From Candidatus Latescibacterota bacterium (lineage in GTDB: Bacteria > Latescibacterota > UBA2968 > UBA8231), in contig CBDCXV010000010.1 of NCBI GenBank assembly GCA_965223905.1, positions 480,001 to 544,000 of the forward strand: a stretch of 64,000 nucleotides of DNA, written 5' to 3'. The notes under the pieces are model-generated. The model did no database searches, was not told the DNA's origin, and saw only the letters and a program-made list of their open reading frames with translations. Shown here piece after piece: positions 29,879-39,554 of this stretch (its first letter is position 1; each line of letters opens with the position of its first letter). The translations under genes were made by a program, and so were the position numbers.

Positions 29879-30069
29879 CTATGGCAATAGGCCGGCTTGC
29901 CTTAGGATGCTGCGAAATGTTTTTGGGGACAAGTCTTTGCTGGCTTCCCGGCTATAGTTACAAGGCCTGGCTTGAAAGGATGTTTGTAATGGCGATGGCT
30001 GCCTTTGTGGCGCACCTGTCGCCAACCATCATCTTCGATTCTTCGAATCGCATCCGATACTTTTGGCAC
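29879..30069 (-). CDS. hicA: HicA family toxin (not in the ORF track; 1-nt frameshift)
   Basis: GTG 30069 reads PKVSDAIRRIEDDGWRQVRHKGSHRHYKHPFKPGLVTIAGKP; adding one base at ~29943 continues SKDLSPKTFRSILRQAGLLP*. Lies directly upstream of hicB. Confidence 0.85.
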
Positions 30070-30243
30070 GGTGTCAACGACTCCAAGTAACCCGCATTCA
30101 GGAGTCTAAGTATTGCAGGCGCAAGACGGGAAGCGGTGCTTCCCTTGTGCTGATTGTCGTCGCGCAGACTGCAGGTATGGCATAGGCCGGCGATGCGGCG
30201 GGCGATCTGCTGGACATCGTCCCTTCGGATTACAGGGGAACCC

Positions 30244-31200
30244 CTACACGCAGGCAAGGGCGGCGAGCAGCGCCTTGATGTAGCCGACCGAGTAGGCGAA
30301 CGAGTGGGTGTTGCCGTCGACCCGGGTAACGTCCCCTTCGAGGCGGGGGTAGTGATCGGGATTGAGGCAGCCGTCGAAACCGACGCGCCTGAGCTCGAGC
30401 AGGATCTTGAACATGTTCATGTCGCCGTCGTCGAGCAGCACCTCCTCGAAGGCGCCGGCGGTGGCGAAGCTGGCGCGCACGTTGCGGAGGTGGATCTCGA
30501 ACAGCTTCCCCTTGCGGCCGTAGTTGTGCAGCTCGTCGAGCACCAGGGGCAGGCCGCCGGCCTGGGCGCGGGTGCCGCAGCAGTACAGGTACCCGACGCT
30601 CGGGCTGGGAAAGGCGTCGATCAGCCGGTGCAGTCCCAGGCTGCCGAAGAGCGCGTCGGCGTTGGGCGGGTCCGAGGGGTGCATCATCAGCTTCACCCCG
30701 TTCTCCTCGGCGATCGGGACGAAGCGCTCGTACGCGGCGCAGACCCTCGACCAGCGCTGTTCCTGGACCTCGGCGGGCGGCGGCGGGGACTTGTCCTCCG
30801 CCCGCGCCAGGCTCCCGCCGCGGGCGAGGTAGCCGCCCCTGTGAGGGGCCTCGTACCCCCCGACCATCCAGTCGTAGGTCGTGTAATGGAAATGGACCCG
30901 GCCCAGGGGATACCCCGCCTCGCCGAGCACCCGCAGCGAGTCGCAGGCCACGTCGAGCTCCTCTTCTGCCCCCTCCTTCTCGTCCATGAAGGCTTCGCCG
31001 AGGTTCGGCATGCTGACCCGGTTCACCTGCATCCCCCAGGAGTGGATCTTCCTGCGGATCTTCAGCGCCTCGTCGAGATCGAAGACCCCCCGGTCGTCGG
31101 TCGGAAGCGGCATGCCGTCGCAGCAGTCGACGCCGAGCTGGCACAGCCGCTTGAGGTTGGAATCGGAAAGGTCGTGGCACCATCCGGCTACTTTGATCAT
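30244..31200 (-). CDS. Mannonate dehydratase (UxuA)-like protein
   Basis: PIAEENGVKLMMHPSDPP, CCGT, IHLRNV, FEE...DDGDMNM, PDHYP and AYSVGYIKAL. Confidence 0.8.
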   Translation of the reverse strand: MIKVAGWCHDLSDSNLKRLCQLGVDCCDGMPLPTDDRGVFDLDEALKIRRKIHSWGMQVNRVSMPNLGEAFMDEKEGAEEELDVACDSLRVLGEAGYPLGRVHFHYTTYDWMVGGYEAPHRGGYLARGGSLARAEDKSPPPPAEVQEQRWSRVCAAYERFVPIAEENGVKLMMHPSDPPNADALFGSLGLHRLIDAFPSPSVGYLYCCGTRAQAGGLPLVLDELHNYGRKGKLFEIHLRNVRASFATAGAFEEVLLDDGDMNMFKILLELRRVGFDGCLNPDHYPRLEGDVTRVDGNTHSFAYSVGYIKALLAALACV

Positions 31201-31234
31201 CCTGCTTCTCCCGTTGTGTCGGCGCGCTCGCGCG

Positions 31235-32233
31235 CTACCAGGTTACTTTGCGGGCCCCGCCCCTGGGCCCGGCCTTCAACACCGCTTCGGCGACGGCCAC
31301 TGCCTTGATCGCCTCGGTACCGGGAGAGATGCACTCCTCCTTCCCGGCGACGCAGGCGAGGAAATGGCGCGCCTGCTTCCGGTACATGTCTCCCGATCGG
31401 CCCCGCGTCCGGATCAGCTTCTCCCTGCCGCCGCCATCCGTAAGGCAGTAGAAGGTCTGGCCAGGCCTGGCGTTTGCCGGGGGTTTCAGCGAACCGGTGC
31501 CGGTGGCAATCGATCCCCTGCTTCCGAGGACGTCGAACAACCGGGTGCCGCGCACCGCCCACGACCAGCTCATCATCAGCTTGTTGCCGCGCCCGTACTC
31601 GACGACCGCGGTGCCGGTGTCGACCGCGGTGACCTCCTCGTTCAGCTTGATCGAGCTCGCCACCACGCTCAACGGATCTCCCCACATCCTGTTGGCGAAG
31701 TCGTAGTTGTGCACGGCGCCGTCGAGGAGCGGGCCGCCGCCGATCCGGTCGTCCATGAACCACCGGTCGTTGAGGAAGGCCGAGACGTCGCGCCAAAGCA
31801 CCGGGGCGCCGATTCGCCCCTCGACGACCGCCTTGCCCCAGGCCCCCCAGATCGAATCGAAGCGCCGGCAGTGGGCGACCATCAGCAGCTGCCCGGTCTG
31901 CTTCGAGACCTCGATCATCCTGCGGCAGTCGGCGACGGTGCGCGCCATCGGCTTCTCCGTCATCACCGGCTTGCCCGCGCGCATGGCGTCGATGGCTGTC
32001 GCCTTGTGGAACAGCGTCGGCGTCGCCACCACGATTGCGTCGATCTCCCTGTCGGCGAGCATCTCCCTGTGGTCGCCGTACAGCCTCATGCCGGGAAAGC
32101 GCTCCGCGGTCAGGTCGCGCGCCGCTTCGGAGGGGTCGGCGCCGGCCCTCAGGCGGCAGCCGCGAAGCGGCTCGAACGAGGAGATCTGCATGCGCGCCAT
32201 GTTGCCGAGGCCGATGAATCCGAGGTTGATCAT
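31235..32233 (-). CDS. Gfo/Idh/MocA family oxidoreductase
   Basis: GFIGLGNM, GKPVMTEKP and GGGPLLDGAVH. Confidence 0.92.
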   Translation of the reverse strand: MINLGFIGLGNMARMQISSFEPLRGCRLRAGADPSEAARDLTAERFPGMRLYGDHREMLADREIDAIVVATPTLFHKATAIDAMRAGKPVMTEKPMARTVADCRRMIEVSKQTGQLLMVAHCRRFDSIWGAWGKAVVEGRIGAPVLWRDVSAFLNDRWFMDDRIGGGPLLDGAVHNYDFANRMWGDPLSVVASSIKLNEEVTAVDTGTAVVEYGRGNKLMMSWSWAVRGTRLFDVLGSRGSIATGTGSLKPPANARPGQTFYCLTDGGGREKLIRTRGRSGDMYRKQARHFLACVAGKEECISPGTEAIKAVAVAEAVLKAGPRGGARKVTW

Positions 32234-32237
32234 GGTC

Positions 32238-33641
32238 CTATTCCCTCCAGGCTGATTTCAGTTCCCACACGATCAGCTCGTCAAAGCGGACGGTGCCGCC
32301 GACGGCGTAGAACTCGAGCGCGCAGTCGCGCGGTCCGGGGAGGTAACAGAACGAAGCCGAGACCGCGCCGCCGTTGGCGAACAGCTCCAGCGAGGTCCTG
32401 TCGACGAGCAGCCGCAGGTCGAGCCTGCCCTCCGGGCCGGTGGGCGCGGCCACCTCGTGGTCGAGAAAGCGGAAGGTCCCGGCGGCGGCGTAGTGCAGCT
32501 CCTGCCCGTGGATCCGGACCCCGAAACCGGCCGCGTCGCCCGGGGCGATGGTGGCGCGGATGTCGAACAGATCACCGCGGGTGCCGGGAATCAGATTGTC
32601 GTGGGCATCGGCCATGCGCTCCCTCCAGGCCGGACCGTAGCGCGCGAACAGGGCCCGGCGGTCCATCCCCGGCCTCAGGTCGAGAGCGCGCCACTCCAGT
32701 CTGCGTTCGTAAAGCAGCTCGATCTCCCTGACGGGCTCGCGAAACAGACGGATGCCGGCCGCCGTCGTGCGCAGGGTCAGCTCCACCGGGAACGACTGCT
32801 GCTGGTTGAACGGCATTCCCGGGTAGCGGCCTCCCCTCATCCAGGAGAGCTGGATCCTGCGCCCGTCTTCGGGCGGCAGGTCGCTGAAGGTTTGCGCGGC
32901 GTAGCCGTTGGGCCCGGCCTCACACACCAGCGGCGAGGTTTCGGGAACAAACCGGGTGCCGTCGAATCTCCCGATCAGGTACACCCCGGCGGCTCCCCAG
33001 AAGACCCAGCGCCTGTTTCCGGGATCGCCGTCGACGGGCAACTCGAACAGATCGGGACATTCGCCGGTCCCTGCGACCTGCAGTTCGGAGAGGAGCTCCC
33101 ACTGTTTCAGGTCGGGGGATCCGTAGAGGGCAAAGTCGATCCCGTCGAGGTAGAGGGCCATGATCCATCGCCGCGTCGGCTCGTGCCAGACGACCTTGGG
33201 GTCGCGGTTGCGGGCGCGAACGTGGCCGAGCACCGGGTTGCCTTCGTACCGGGTAAAGGTGCGCCCGCGGTCGTTGCTGCAGGCGATCGCCTGCACGCAG
33301 GGATTCGCCGGATCGCCAAAGCCCCCGGTGGTGTAGGCGGCGATGAGGGTGTCCTCGCTCCCCCGCTTCAGGCCGGCGGTGTTGTTCCAGTCGACCAGCC
33401 CCGAACCGGACCAGACGAATCCGTACTCGTCCGGGGCGATCGCCTCCTCCAGCTGCTCCCAGTGCACGAGGTCGGGGCTGACGGCGTGTCCCCACGAGTT
33501 GGGGGCGTGGTAGACGAAGCCGGGGCTGTGCTGGAAGAAGAGGTGATACTCCCCCTTGTAGTAGACGAGCCCGTTGGGGTCGTTCATCCAGTGCGCCCGC
33601 GGAGTGAAGTGAAACTGCGGCCGGTGCAGTTCGCCGTACAT
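32238..33641 (-). CDS. Glycoside hydrolase family 32 (levanase/beta-fructofuranosidase)
   Basis: WMNDPNG, WGHAVS, WSGS, RDP and ECP catalytic motifs; ATG at 33641. Confidence 0.92.
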   Translation of the reverse strand: MYGELHRPQFHFTPRAHWMNDPNGLVYYKGEYHLFFQHSPGFVYHAPNSWGHAVSPDLVHWEQLEEAIAPDEYGFVWSGSGLVDWNNTAGLKRGSEDTLIAAYTTGGFGDPANPCVQAIACSNDRGRTFTRYEGNPVLGHVRARNRDPKVVWHEPTRRWIMALYLDGIDFALYGSPDLKQWELLSELQVAGTGECPDLFELPVDGDPGNRRWVFWGAAGVYLIGRFDGTRFVPETSPLVCEAGPNGYAAQTFSDLPPEDGRRIQLSWMRGGRYPGMPFNQQQSFPVELTLRTTAAGIRLFREPVREIELLYERRLEWRALDLRPGMDRRALFARYGPAWRERMADAHDNLIPGTRGDLFDIRATIAPGDAAGFGVRIHGQELHYAAAGTFRFLDHEVAAPTGPEGRLDLRLLVDRTSLELFANGGAVSASFCYLPGPRDCALEFYAVGGTVRFDELIVWELKSAWRE

Positions 33642-33915
33642 CGGTCCTTTCCGGTCCGAAGTGTAAGGGGAAACCGCCAAGGTAGCAGCGGCCGCCGCGA
33701 AGGTCCAGCAAGGCGGGGGGCCATCTCCCGCTTTCCGTTTTTCCGGGCGGATCCCTGCCGGCAGCGACCGTTCCATCGTTCGCGCGCCCGCCCGGAAAGG
33801 TCTGCAGTTGCTGCCGGCAGCGCCTTCCCCCGGCGCGGCTGAAGGCGGGGGAGAACCTTCTTCCGCGGCCCCCGGCCGCTTGGCGAGCCGCCCTGCGCCG
33901 GGACCGCGCGCTATC

Positions 33916-34520
33916 TCAGTCCAGCTCGAACAACGGCACGTACCCCATCTCCCCCACCACCTGCTGTCCCCCCGGACCCAGCACCCAGTCGATGAACTGC
34001 TTCAGGCTCCCCTGCGGAGGCCGCACCGTGTAGAGCCGCAGGTAGCGGGAGATCGGGTACTCCCCGCCGCGCACGTTCTCCTCGGTCGGGGCCACCCCGT
34101 CGATCTCGCAGTGAAGGAGTCCGGGGCCGTAGGCCATGCCGCCGTAGCCGATCGCGGCCGGGTCCCCGGCGACCGCCTGGACGATGGCCCGTGTCGTCGG
34201 CAACCTCCTGGCGGCTGGCACATGCGGCCTCCCGGCCAGGACGTGCTCCTCGAAGAAGAAGGAAGTGCCCGAGTTAGCACTTCTGCCCCGCACGGCGATC
34301 GCGGCCTCCGGCGAGCAGCGCGCGGAGCCCCTTCCAATCCCGGGCAGGATGTCCGGCGATTTCCGCTGCCATGAGACCGTCACCCGCCCGATCTCCGGCT
34401 CGCGGCCGGAGTCGTCGGCGCAGAGAAAACCGCCGGCCCCTCCTCCCGCAGCACCCCGGCGACCGGCAGCATGTCCGCTGCCGCTGCCACCGCCAGTCAC
34501 CCGCTCGATCCCCGGCTCGC
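33916..34520 (-). pseudogene. PstS-like phosphate-binding protein remnant (internal deletion)
   Basis: VTGGGSGSG motif, then GRSANSGT...AIGYGG...GEYPISRYL...FIDWVL; no start codon or signal peptide. Confidence 0.65.
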
Positions 34521-35687
34521 CGCCGGTATGGTTGGCGAACCGATGCCGCCCGGTCCCACTGCGGCCCCGGCGGCCCTGCGGCCCCCCAAAACGCAATCCG
34601 CCCCGACCGCTTCGCTCAGGTGGGAGAAGCCGTCCCGCTCGAGGAGCCGGCACAGGCCGCGGTTGATCTCGCGGACGATCCCCGGCCCCCTGAAGACGAG
34701 AGCGGTGTAGAGCTGCAGCAGCGTCGCCCCGAGGCGGATCTTCTCGTACGCGTCCTCCGCGGAGGAGATGCCGCCGCTGCCGACGATGACGTGACGGGAG
34801 TGGTCGAGGTGGGGGTACCAGGCGTGGATCGCCTGGTTGACGAGCTCCCTGACGGGCGGCCCGCACAGCGTTCCCGGCATGCGCGCCAGCTCCGAGGCGG
34901 GGGTCTTCAGCCCCTGCGGGGGAATCCCCGGGGGCAGGTTGAAGACGATTCCCTTGACGAACGGGAAGCCGTCGATCGCCTCCAGCACCCCGTCCCGGCG
35001 ACCCGGGTCGGCGCTGGCGGTCAGCTTGAGGAACACCGGGGGCAGGCCGGGGATGCCGGCGAGGGAGCCCAGCAGCTCGCGGATCATGGCCGCGTCGTCG
35101 AACGGGCTCCGGCCGCCGCCGGTGTTGGGGCAGTTGAGATTCAGCGCGAGGTAGTCGGCGATGCCGGCGAACGCCTGCGCCGCCTCGCTCAGCTCGGCCG
35201 TCACCTCGCCGGCAGGGACCGGGACCCCGGTGTTGGTCTCGACGAGGTTGACCCCGAGGGGCACGTCCACCCGGGAGCGCTCCAGCCGTCGCGCCACCAC
35301 CTCGGCGCCGTCGTTCGGCACCCCGTAGTAGACGACGATAGCCTCGTCCGCGGGCAGGCGGAACAGCCGCGGCCGTTCGCGGTTTCCACGGGACCGATGC
35401 GCCGACACCGAGCCGACCTCGAGGCTGCCGAAGCCCAGGGCTTCCAGACCGCGCACCGCCCTGCCGCTCTTGTCGAAGCCGGCGGCGAGGCCGACCGGGT
35501 TGGCGAAGGTCATCCCCGCCACCTGCTGGCGCAGGCGGTCGTCCTCGAAGCGAAAGAGCCTGCCGACAGCCGCGGCCCCGAATCCCGTCCTGCCCAGCCC
35601 CGCTCCCAGGGCGATTGCGCCGTTGTGGGCCCGCTCCGGGTCGAGGCGGAACAGCAGGGGACGCACCGCCCGGCGGTAGAGGCTCAT
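34497..35687 (-). CDS. pyrD: Quinone-dependent dihydroorotate dehydrogenase
   Basis: LFRLDPERAH, NPVGLAAGFDK, GNRERPRLFRL, NLNCPNT, GSGGI and LQLYTALVFRGP. Confidence 0.9.
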   Translation of the reverse strand: MSLYRRAVRPLLFRLDPERAHNGAIALGAGLGRTGFGAAAVGRLFRFEDDRLRQQVAGMTFANPVGLAAGFDKSGRAVRGLEALGFGSLEVGSVSAHRSRGNRERPRLFRLPADEAIVVYYGVPNDGAEVVARRLERSRVDVPLGVNLVETNTGVPVPAGEVTAELSEAAQAFAGIADYLALNLNCPNTGGGRSPFDDAAMIRELLGSLAGIPGLPPVFLKLTASADPGRRDGVLEAIDGFPFVKGIVFNLPPGIPPQGLKTPASELARMPGTLCGPPVRELVNQAIHAWYPHLDHSRHVIVGSGGISSAEDAYEKIRLGATLLQLYTALVFRGPGIVREINRGLCRLLERDGFSHLSEAVGADCVLGGRRAAGAAVGPGGIGSPTIPAASRGSSG

Positions 35688-35789
35688 CCCGGTCCCTCCT
35701 CGCGGTACTGCCGTGTCAGCTCGGTCATGATCACACCCGGCGGCAGGGGGTTATATTGCCAACCCCAACATACACAGGAGCAAGCTGCG

Positions 35790-36971
35790 ATGCGATGGCT
35801 GAACGTGCAGGAGATCTACGCCGACGGCGGCCACAACGCCTGGCCCGACATCTGCCGCTGGAGAGGCCGCTACTACGTCGCCTTCAACTGCGGCGGCAGC
35901 GGCCACGGCGGGGGCCACGGGCTCTGCTTCCTCTCCTCGGCTGACGGCGTCGATTGGGTGCTGGAGCACGCGACCGGCGCCGACGAGTGGGCACCCTCGG
36001 ACGACGCCACCCGCGGCGGCACCTGCCCGAAGCTGCTGCCGACCAAAAAGCGGCTTTACGTGGTCTTCAACTACTACCGCGAGGGAGTCGGCGACGTCGA
36101 CGCCGGGCGCAGGGAAGCGCTGGCCCGCCGCTGGCGCGAGCTCGGCGGTTCGCCGCGGAGCTTCGAGCGCTGGGTGCGGCACCACGAGACCCTGCACCAG
36201 AGCGGCATCGCCTGGAGCGAGGACGGACGCACCTTCTCCGAGCCGCGCCCCCTTCTCGGCCCGGGCTGGCGCGTCTGGCGGCCCCACAGCTTCGCCGGCA
36301 GGCACTACCTTGCCGGGTACTGCTGCCACGGCCAGTCCTGGAGCCTGACACCCGAGCTGGAGCGCATGATTCCGGAGGCGGAGGAGATCGAGATGTTCGA
36401 GAGCGCCTCGCTGTTCGTCTCGGAGGACGGCGAGCACTGGGAGCAAGCAGGAGACATCGAAACCGACGACAACGACGAGCCCGACTTCGATTTCGCCGGG
36501 GACGGCCGCATCCTGCTGGTCAGCCGCACCGGCGCCAGCCTCAAGCGGCCGGCCATGGCCTACAGCAGCGAGCCCCCGTACCGCAAGTGGCGGCGGATCC
36601 CCCTGAGCGAGCCTCTCAACGCCCCTGCGGTGCGCCGCGTACGCGGGCGCTGGATCGTCGCCGGCCGCGGCCTCGTCGAGGGGACCAGCGTGCCGGCGCG
36701 CTTCGCCCCCGGGATCGAGAGCGATGCGTACTGCGCCACGCGCATCTGGCTTCTCGACGAGGAGACCGGCGAGCTGACGGCGGAAACGACGCTGCCGAGC
36801 TGGGGGGACGGGTCGTACCCAGGTATAGAGGTCACCGAAGAGGGGGAGCTTTTCGTCGTCTACTACAGCTGCTCGGAGAGCACGGACGACAAGCTGCGCA
36901 CGGGACCGGGGCCGCTTCCGGGCAAGACCGCGCCCTGCTCGATCTACCTGGCCCGGGTGACTCTGGAGTAG
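35790..36971 (+). CDS. Hypothetical beta-propeller (sialidase-like) protein
   Basis: ATG 35790 with aggag RBS; HNAWPD, Asp-box-like SADGVDW, SEDGRTF and SEDGEHW; GDGSYP. Confidence 0.7.
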   Translation: MRWLNVQEIYADGGHNAWPDICRWRGRYYVAFNCGGSGHGGGHGLCFLSSADGVDWVLEHATGADEWAPSDDATRGGTCPKLLPTKKRLYVVFNYYREGVGDVDAGRREALARRWRELGGSPRSFERWVRHHETLHQSGIAWSEDGRTFSEPRPLLGPGWRVWRPHSFAGRHYLAGYCCHGQSWSLTPELERMIPEAEEIEMFESASLFVSEDGEHWEQAGDIETDDNDEPDFDFAGDGRILLVSRTGASLKRPAMAYSSEPPYRKWRRIPLSEPLNAPAVRRVRGRWIVAGRGLVEGTSVPARFAPGIESDAYCATRIWLLDEETGELTAETTLPSWGDGSYPGIEVTEEGELFVVYYSCSESTDDKLRTGPGPLPGKTAPCSIYLARVTLE

Positions 36972-37014
36972 GGAAGGCAGCAGAGCGCAAGGGGACCCGC
37001 CGCGGTCAGACGCT

Positions 37015-39554
37015 CTACTCCCTCGTCCCGGCCAGCGGCAGGCCGGCGCGCTCCGCGGTCGCCATGGTGAGGGCGCGCAGGTCTTCCGGCTCGATGTTGT
37101 GGAGGTCGGTCTTGCCGGTGCAGCGCGCCATCATCGAGGCCTCCCCGGTGTTCGCCTTGATCAGGTTGGCCACCGCCTCGGCACGCTCCGCGGCCCCGAG
37201 GCCGGCCTCGAAAACCAGCGACTCACCGGCGATCCGGCCTCCCGCGGCGATCCCGGCGGCGACCCCGAGGACCATGGCGACCGCCCCCAGGCCGACGAGC
37301 TTGGCGGCGTCGGTTCCGGAGCGCACCCCCCCGAACCAGACGAGGTCGACCTCCTCCTCGCGGTCGAGGCGCCTGAGGATGGCGACGGCGTCGCGCAGCA
37401 GGCCGAGGTCGGGGGCGGCCCGCAGCTCTGGCCAGCCGCTGCCGGCGATCCCTCCGGTGCCGTCGAGCACCAGCAGGTCGAGCCCGCTCTCGAGGGCATG
37501 GGCGAGCGCCGGTTCGAGGTCCCCTGCCGACGACACCGCGAACCCGAGCAGCTGACGGTCGTCGACCCGCTCCAGGCGGGTGGGTGGCGGCCGATCGGCG
37601 GCGAACGGCTGTACGAAGCCCGCGGCCCCGGCGTCCGCCCCATCCCCTCCCCCAGCCAGGAGTTGGAGCCACGGGACCTCCTCCTCCCCCGGCAGCTTGC
37701 CGCGCCCCGAGGTAAGACGCCCCTGGCCTCGCTCAGCCCCCGGGCCACCGCGGCCCGCACCTCGCGCGGCGACTCGTCGAACCCGGTGACGAGGAAGGGG
37801 TGCGCCAGCGCCAGGCGGCCGCCGAGATCGAAGTCGACGCGGCAGGCCTCGCGGTAGGGATCGATGACCAGCCGCGACAGGTTGGCCGGCAGGAAGACGA
37901 TGTCGTCGAGCTGCGCGGGGCGCTCTTCGGGAAAGGGGTTGTCGCGCGGCTCGAGGCGGCGCTGCAGCATGGCCCGGCGCTTGTCGTGCTCGTCGGGGCC
38001 GATGCGGGCCATCGAGAACAGGTCTTCGCGGTGCTGGACGGAGTAATCGGGGGTTCCGGTCTCGGCGTCGCAGCGGTAGCAGCGCGCCGCTTCCTTCCTG
38101 GCGGTGTCGTCGTCGTAGGTCGCCTCGATCTCGGGGAACTCGACCGGCACAGCGCCCAGCCCGAAGAACTCGGGGTGCTGCAGCTTGACGCGTTCCCACA
38201 TCATGTCCTGGGCCACGTCGACGCGCCGCGTCCGGTAGGGGGTGCGGTAGGGCATCGGGTCGCCGTTCCCCTCGAGGAACTGCTCGATGTAGTAGGCGGC
38301 GCGCTGGCCGTGGTGCATGGCCATGACGATGGTCGAGCCCCCGAAGGCGCCGTCCCCGGCGGCGAAGACCTTGGGATCGTCGGTGCGCATGGTCTCCCAG
38401 CGGGTGCGCACCCGGTCGGGCAGCATCATGCCGATGCGGTCGAGCTCCGCGCACACCCCTTTTTGTCCCACCGCGGCGATCACCATGCCGCACTCGATCT
38501 CGTGCTCGCTTCCCGGCACCGCGACCGGGCTGCGGCGGCCGCTCTCGTCCGGCTCCCCCGCCTCGGTCTTCACGCACCGCAGCCTCAGCCCCTCCCCGTC
38601 TCCGGCGACGGAGACCTGCTGCGTGTTGTAGACGAACTCGATCCCCTCGGCGACCGCCCCCTCGAGCTCGATCCGGCGCGCCGGGATCTCCTCGGGTCCG
38701 CGGCGGTAGATCACCGTCACATGCTCGCAGCCGGGCAGCCGCCTGGCGACGCGGCAGGCGTCCATGGCGACGTCCCCGCCGCCGACGACGACCACCTTTT
38801 CCGGAAGCTGCGGCCGCTCGCCGGTGTTGACGCGGCGCAGGAAACCGACCCCGTCGACCACCAGCGGGTGCTCTTCCCCCGGGATCTCCATCGGCTTGCC
38901 CCACCAGGAGCCGATCGCCAGCAGCACGGCGTCGTGCCTCTCCTTGAGCTCCTCGAGGTGGACCTGCTTTCCCAGCTCGGTGTCGAGATGGACGTGGAGC
39001 CCCGGGCACTTGCCGGTGAGGCGGTCGATGTCCTCGTCGATGATCCCCGGCGGCAGCCGGAACGCCGGAATGCCCCAGGCCATCATGCCGCCGAGGCGGT
39101 CGCTCATCTCGTAGACGTGGACGGTGTAGCCGGCGACGCACAGGTCGTGGGCCGCGGTCAGCCCGGCCGGTCCGGAGCCGACGATGCCGACGCTCTCCTT
39201 CTTCGTCACCGGCACCGGCGGCGGGTCGTACCTGTGCCCCACCTTGTCCATGACGAAGCGCTTGAGGTTGCGGATCTGCAGCGGCCCGTCGCTGTCGGTG
39301 CGCCGGCAGGCCGGCTCGCACGGGGCGTCGCAGACGCGCCCGCAGATCGAGCTGAACGGGTTGGTGGCGGTGATCGCCTCGAACGCCTCGGCGTACTTCT
39401 CCTCCCAGATGAGGGCGATGTAGGAGGGGGCGTCGGTCCCCACCGGGCAGGCGACCTGGCAGGGGGCGGGCACGAAATGGGTCCCCCCGCTGTCGTCGGC
39501 GAACCCCTTCGGGGTCTGCGGCATCTCGATGCGGTGGAGGTCGTAGACGCTCAC
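37015..39554 (-). CDS. GltD-like Fe-S/FAD/NAD(P)H oxidoreductase fused to a degenerate glutamate synthase FMN-barrel domain (frameshift ~37700-37725)
   Basis: PCQVACP, CGRVCDAPCEPAC, GSGPAG, GGGDVAMD and EAARCYRC; then LDDIVFLPANLSRL and, after the shift, FGGVRSGTDAAKLVGLGA...GKTDLHNIEPEDL. Confidence 0.8.
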
